Shown one piece after another: positions 60,474 through 64,000 of a stretch of 64,000 nucleotides of DNA. A model generated the notes under the pieces. That model was given only the letters and a program-made list of their open reading frames with translations. It made no database searches and had not been told where the DNA came from. Numbering within the stretch: position 1 is the stretch's first letter; each line of letters begins with the position of its first letter. Origin of the DNA: an uncultured Armatimonadia bacterium (GTDB lineage Bacteria > Armatimonadota > Zipacnadia > CAVVLO01); the NCBI GenBank assembly GCA_963749155.1, contig CAVVLO010000001.1:96001-160000 (forward strand), in the 5' to 3' direction. Position numbers and translations under genes: made by a program.

Positions 60474-60749
60474 CTAGCCTGTGCGGAAGCCCTGGAACTC
60501 GCCGGTGGCCGGCCCCAGAGAGTGGTTTACTTTATCAACTCGCGCGAGCCTGGGCCCATGCCGTATATACTCAAGCAGCGCCCGCAAATCGTCCTCTGGC
60601 CCTTCCGCGACTACCTCGACGTTGTCATCCCAAAGATTTCGAACATAACCTGTCAGGCCAAGTTCGTGAGCCTTCCATTGGACCGAAGCCCGGAAGCCCA
60701 CCCCTTGCACTCGACCAGTCACAGTGGCCTCTAGCCTGAGGAGGGGCAA
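60474..60749 (-). CDS. acyP: Acylphosphatase
   Basis: VTGRVQGVGFR, GYVRN and VEVVAEG; TTG at 60749 gives 91 aa. Confidence 0.92.
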   Translation of the reverse strand: MPLLRLEATVTGRVQGVGFRASVQWKAHELGLTGYVRNLWDDNVEVVAEGPEDDLRALLEYIRHGPRLARVDKVNHSLGPATGEFQGFRTG

Positions 60750-60753
60750 AGGG

Positions 60754-61074
60754 TCACTGCTCCTTGGGGGCCTCTTCCGGCGGCTTAAGACGCCTGCTGG
60801 CGACATCAGCACCCAGGTAAGCGATTCTCCCGGCGACGAAAGCGCCTACGAGTGCTGCAAGCAGCCGCAGGCCAGCGGTATATAGCTCCGCTAACGGCAG
60901 CAGGTCGACCAGCCCTTTGGGAGCCTCTTTGGCCGCCCCGACAGAGGCAGCCCAGGAGCCCAGCGCAGCCGGCGCCGAGTTGAATACATCCCAGCACCAA
61001 TAAAAACAAAGCAGCAGCAGGCCAAGCCCGACGAGGAAACTTGCCATCCCAAGCTTGCGCAGTAAATCCGTCAC
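60754..61074 (-). CDS. Small two-TM membrane protein
   Basis: Two hydrophobic segments; operon packing. Confidence 0.6.
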   Translation of the reverse strand: MTDLLRKLGMASFLVGLGLLLLCFYWCWDVFNSAPAALGSWAASVGAAKEAPKGLVDLLPLAELYTAGLRLLAALVGAFVAGRIAYLGADVASRRLKPPEEAPKEQ

Positions 61075-61182
61075 GACTCCCGCTCCACAACCTGGAAGAT
61101 ATAGGCCACTGGCATCCAGCGCCTTGGACTTGGGTCCTTATTCGGCACCGATGGCGAGATCCCTGCCTCAGATTCAGAAGGC

Positions 61183-62442
61183 TCAAGAGGGCGAGTCAGA
61201 GCAAAAGACTGGAGCCTCCTTGATGTTTGTGAGTTGTAGCAGCACCTCCTCGAAACTTGCCGCCGCGTGACGCCTGGTATAGCCGCGCGCGATGAAATCC
61301 GGGCCCTTCTGGCGCATCTCGAATCGGCGCGCAGGGTCATCGGCCAGTTCGCCAGTCGCTTGAGCAAGCTCCTCGGGGCGCTCTGGAGGCGCCGCTACGC
61401 CTGCTTCAGCTTCCCTCAGCAGGTCGGCTGTCTCCCCTTCGGCGGAGGCTACGATTGGTAAGCCCCAAGCCAGATAATCGAAAAGTTTGGAGGGCAAAAC
61501 ATCGCGGAAAACCGGCGCATCTTGCAATGCAATAAGTGCGATATCTGCACTCGCAAAGGCTCCGGGCATCGCAGAACGCGGCGCCTGCGGTTCGAAAATC
61601 ACACGCTCCAGGCCCAGCTCTACCGCCCTGGCCTTGAGTTCTGGCAGTCGGCTGCCCGAACCCATTAAGACAAAAACGATGTCCTCTCTTGATTCAAGCA
61701 GGACTGCCGCTTCGAGCAAGGTCTCCAGTCGTTGGGCGACGCCAAAATTGCCTGCGTATAAAGCAAGGATTTTTCCATCCAGGTTATGCTTTGCTCGCAG
61801 CCAGGGGAAAGCTTCTTTCGCCTCGGCAGGGGGAAGATCGGCGCCGTTGGGCACTACTGACAGCTTGTCTGGGGCCAGTCCGCGCTCTATCAAGCGCCTG
61901 CGCTGGCCCCAGGTAGTGGTTACCAGGTGATCGGAATGGGTGTAGAGAAAACTCGCCAGACCAGCCAGGGCGCGCATCTGCCATCCTGGTCGCAGCACCT
62001 GCGTAGCTAGCGCGGATTCCGGATAGAGGTCGCCTACATAGAGGACAAATTTTGTACGCGCAAGCCGCGCCAGCAACCACCCAAGCAGCCCTGAGAACAG
62101 GGTGGGCGAGTTGGCGACGACCGCCTTGGAGCCCCGGACAAAACTCAGGGCGAACAGGCCGGACAGCAAAAAGCAGAGCTGCAAGAGCAATCTGCGAAAA
62201 GTGCCGCGAGTTGCGACCGGCGGCACCCAGGCTCGCCAGATACGCGCTCCCTCAAAGGCTTCGGTATGGAAGGCCCTGCCCGTGTATCCGGCCGGCGGTT
62301 TTCCCTCTGGGTAATTCGGCACTGGCGCGACGATGCGCACCTCATGCCCGAGCAGGACGAGTTGACGCGCAAGATCGCCCATCCGCTGAGGGCCGCCTGC
62401 TGGCTCGGGCGGAAAATACTGGCTGACCAGAGTGACTTTCAC
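61183..62442 (-). CDS. Glycosyltransferase family 4 (WbuB-like)
   Basis: SQYFPPE, PNYPEG, DLYPES, PNGAD, YAGNFG..Q.L and PSKLFDYLA.G.P. Confidence 0.92.
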   Translation of the reverse strand: MKVTLVSQYFPPEPAGGPQRMGDLARQLVLLGHEVRIVAPVPNYPEGKPPAGYTGRAFHTEAFEGARIWRAWVPPVATRGTFRRLLLQLCFLLSGLFALSFVRGSKAVVANSPTLFSGLLGWLLARLARTKFVLYVGDLYPESALATQVLRPGWQMRALAGLASFLYTHSDHLVTTTWGQRRRLIERGLAPDKLSVVPNGADLPPAEAKEAFPWLRAKHNLDGKILALYAGNFGVAQRLETLLEAAVLLESREDIVFVLMGSGSRLPELKARAVELGLERVIFEPQAPRSAMPGAFASADIALIALQDAPVFRDVLPSKLFDYLAWGLPIVASAEGETADLLREAEAGVAAPPERPEELAQATGELADDPARRFEMRQKGPDFIARGYTRRHAAASFEEVLLQLTNIKEAPVFCSDSPS

Positions 62443-63803
62443 CGAAAGACCTCCAGATTACTGACTGGCTCGGGTGCGCCCAGCCTGGCGACTTCCAGTC
62501 CCACGGCAGCCGCGGAAAGTGGCGAAAGCAGGTCCTGGGTATCGAGCAACCAGGGACGAGTCATCTGGCTGGCGAGGAGTGCAAGATCCAGCGCGCGAAA
62601 TTCGCTGTGGCCAACCAGAAGCACTGCTGCCTGGGCGCCATCAGCAGCCTCGGCAAGCGATGTTTGGGGTAACGCCGAGTGAGTCACGACAGGATCATAG
62701 GCGCCTACCTCACAGCCTCGCTCCATCAGCAAGGCCGCAAGCTCAAGCGAGGGCGATTCGCGACAGTCGTCAACATCTGGCTTGTAGGCCAGGCCAAGCA
62801 GGCAGACTTTCGGACGCGAGATGCCTGCGAGCTGGGCAAGCAACAATTCGGCGATTCGGTGAGGGACCGAATCGTTTACCTCGCGCGCCGCTCGGATTAG
62901 CTGGGCTTTTTCGGGAAGTGACGCGACCAGGAACCAGGGATCAATGGGCAGGCAGTGTCCGCCCACGCCAGAGCCTGGCATATGGATATTTACGCGCGGG
63001 TGATGGTTGGCCAGATCGCGGGCTTCCCAGACGTCCACGCCAAGCTGGGGAAGGAGCCAGGCCAGTTCGTTGGCGAAAGCGATGTTCACATCGCGATAGG
63101 AGTTCTCAATCAATTTGACCGCTTCGGCCGTGCGGACACTGGCAGGCAGCAGTTCGCCATCACAGATGCAAGAATAGAGCGCCGCGGCGCGCGCGCTTGC
63201 GCGAGGGGTCGTGCCGCCGATTACCCGGTCGTTTTGGCGTATCTCCTCAATCAGATTTCCTGGCAACACACGCTCGGGGCAGTAACAAAGATCAAAATCC
63301 ACTCCTGGCACAAGGCCGGTTTCGCGCTGAAGGAGGGCACCGACGACCTCTTCGGTCGCGCCGACAGGGACGGTAGATTCAAGGATTACCAGACACCCTG
63401 GCCTCGCCACCTTCGACACCGCAAGGGTGGCACTCCGGACCGCCGACAGGTCGGGCGAGGGATGCCCATCGGAGGCGCAGGTAGAGGGAGTGGGCACGCA
63501 AATCATATAGGTTTCGGCCTGGGGCAAGGCCAGGCAGCCTCGCAAGTTATTCAGTCTTACGGCTTCTTTGACAAGCTCGACAAGAGGTTCTTCAACCCCT
63601 GGCAACTCGCCCGTGTTGATGCCGTGGATACGGTCTTCGTTGAGGTCACAGGCCGCAACCGGGATTCCAACTGAGGCCAGCATGGCGGCCATCGGCAGTC
63701 CAATAGTGCCACTGCCAACAACTACAACCTCAGGGGAGAAGGATTTCAACAATCCCTTGCCATCGTGCCCGGTTTCAAGAGCAGAAGTACTCAGGTAGGC
63801 CAT
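62439..63803 (-). CDS. wecC: Nucleotide-sugar dehydrogenase (UDP-ManNAc dehydrogenase, WecC-like)
   Basis: GSGTIGLP, ICVPTP, ESTVPVG, CPERVLPG, KLIENSYRDVNIAFANE, GVGGHCLPIDPWF and DCRESP. Confidence 0.88.
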   Translation of the reverse strand: MAYLSTSALETGHDGKGLLKSFSPEVVVVGSGTIGLPMAAMLASVGIPVAACDLNEDRIHGINTGELPGVEEPLVELVKEAVRLNNLRGCLALPQAETYMICVPTPSTCASDGHPSPDLSAVRSATLAVSKVARPGCLVILESTVPVGATEEVVGALLQRETGLVPGVDFDLCYCPERVLPGNLIEEIRQNDRVIGGTTPRASARAAALYSCICDGELLPASVRTAEAVKLIENSYRDVNIAFANELAWLLPQLGVDVWEARDLANHHPRVNIHMPGSGVGGHCLPIDPWFLVASLPEKAQLIRAAREVNDSVPHRIAELLLAQLAGISRPKVCLLGLAYKPDVDDCRESPSLELAALLMERGCEVGAYDPVVTHSALPQTSLAEAADGAQAAVLLVGHSEFRALDLALLASQMTRPWLLDTQDLLSPLSAAAVGLEVARLGAPEPVSNLEVFR

Positions 63804-64000
63804 TGTCCATCACCAGTGTAAAAGGATTCTGAGGCCTGGGCCGCCGCTTGCCCAGGCGGGCGGGAGCAGCGTTATACAGAGCCTCCAGTAGCAAACAGGC
63901 CGCTTTCTGGGCCTGGGTGTCGCGATTGAGCAAGGTTGCCATCTCGCTGCCTTGGGCAACCAGGCGCTGACGCAGAGCAGCGCTTTCAAGCAGGCGCTGA
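63775..64000 (-). CDS. C-terminal end of a probable glycosyltransferase (runs off window)
   Basis: Hand translation QRLLESAALRQRLVAQGSEMA...RDTQAQK resembles a GT-B C-terminal helix; exact stop uncertain. Confidence 0.45.
   Translation of the reverse strand, partial: QRLLESAALRQRLVAQGSEMATLLNRDTQAQKAACLLLEALYNAAPARLGKRRPRPQNPFTLVMDNGLPEYFCS

Overview
Bacterial chromosomal window, GC-rich and gene-dense, with about 55 CDS. I saw no rRNA, tRNA, CRISPR array or transposase. One conserved hypothetical protein suggests Armatimonadota, but this is an inference from memory. The window holds carbohydrate enzymes (GH51, GH2, pectate-lyase-like, glycogen debranching enzyme, xylB), a DUF4956/CotH/VTC cluster and three very large secreted CARDB-type proteins, two of them a tandem duplication. 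Housekeeping genes include HIT-phoH-pgpH-ybeY-dgkA-CorC, serS, parA/parB, nth, xerD, tyrS and lemA. A KaiC-like ATPase and the edge of a surface-polysaccharide locus are also present. About 14 genes, including essential tyrS and parA, are broken by small indels, most likely long-read assembly errors. The top candidate is the intact 522-aa ORF 52666-54234(-), which overlaps the tyrS stop codon. It is an AroQ chorismate-mutase domain fused to an archaeal-type tryptophanyl-tRNA synthetase that has lost both ATP motifs (HIGH->TLQH, KMSSS->VMNPE) but keeps the anticodon-binding loop and a 4-Cys Fe-S motif. It may be a Trp/tRNA-Trp-sensing chorismate mutase, analogous to HisZ or GCN2. All family assignments are by eye from motifs; no database search was run.
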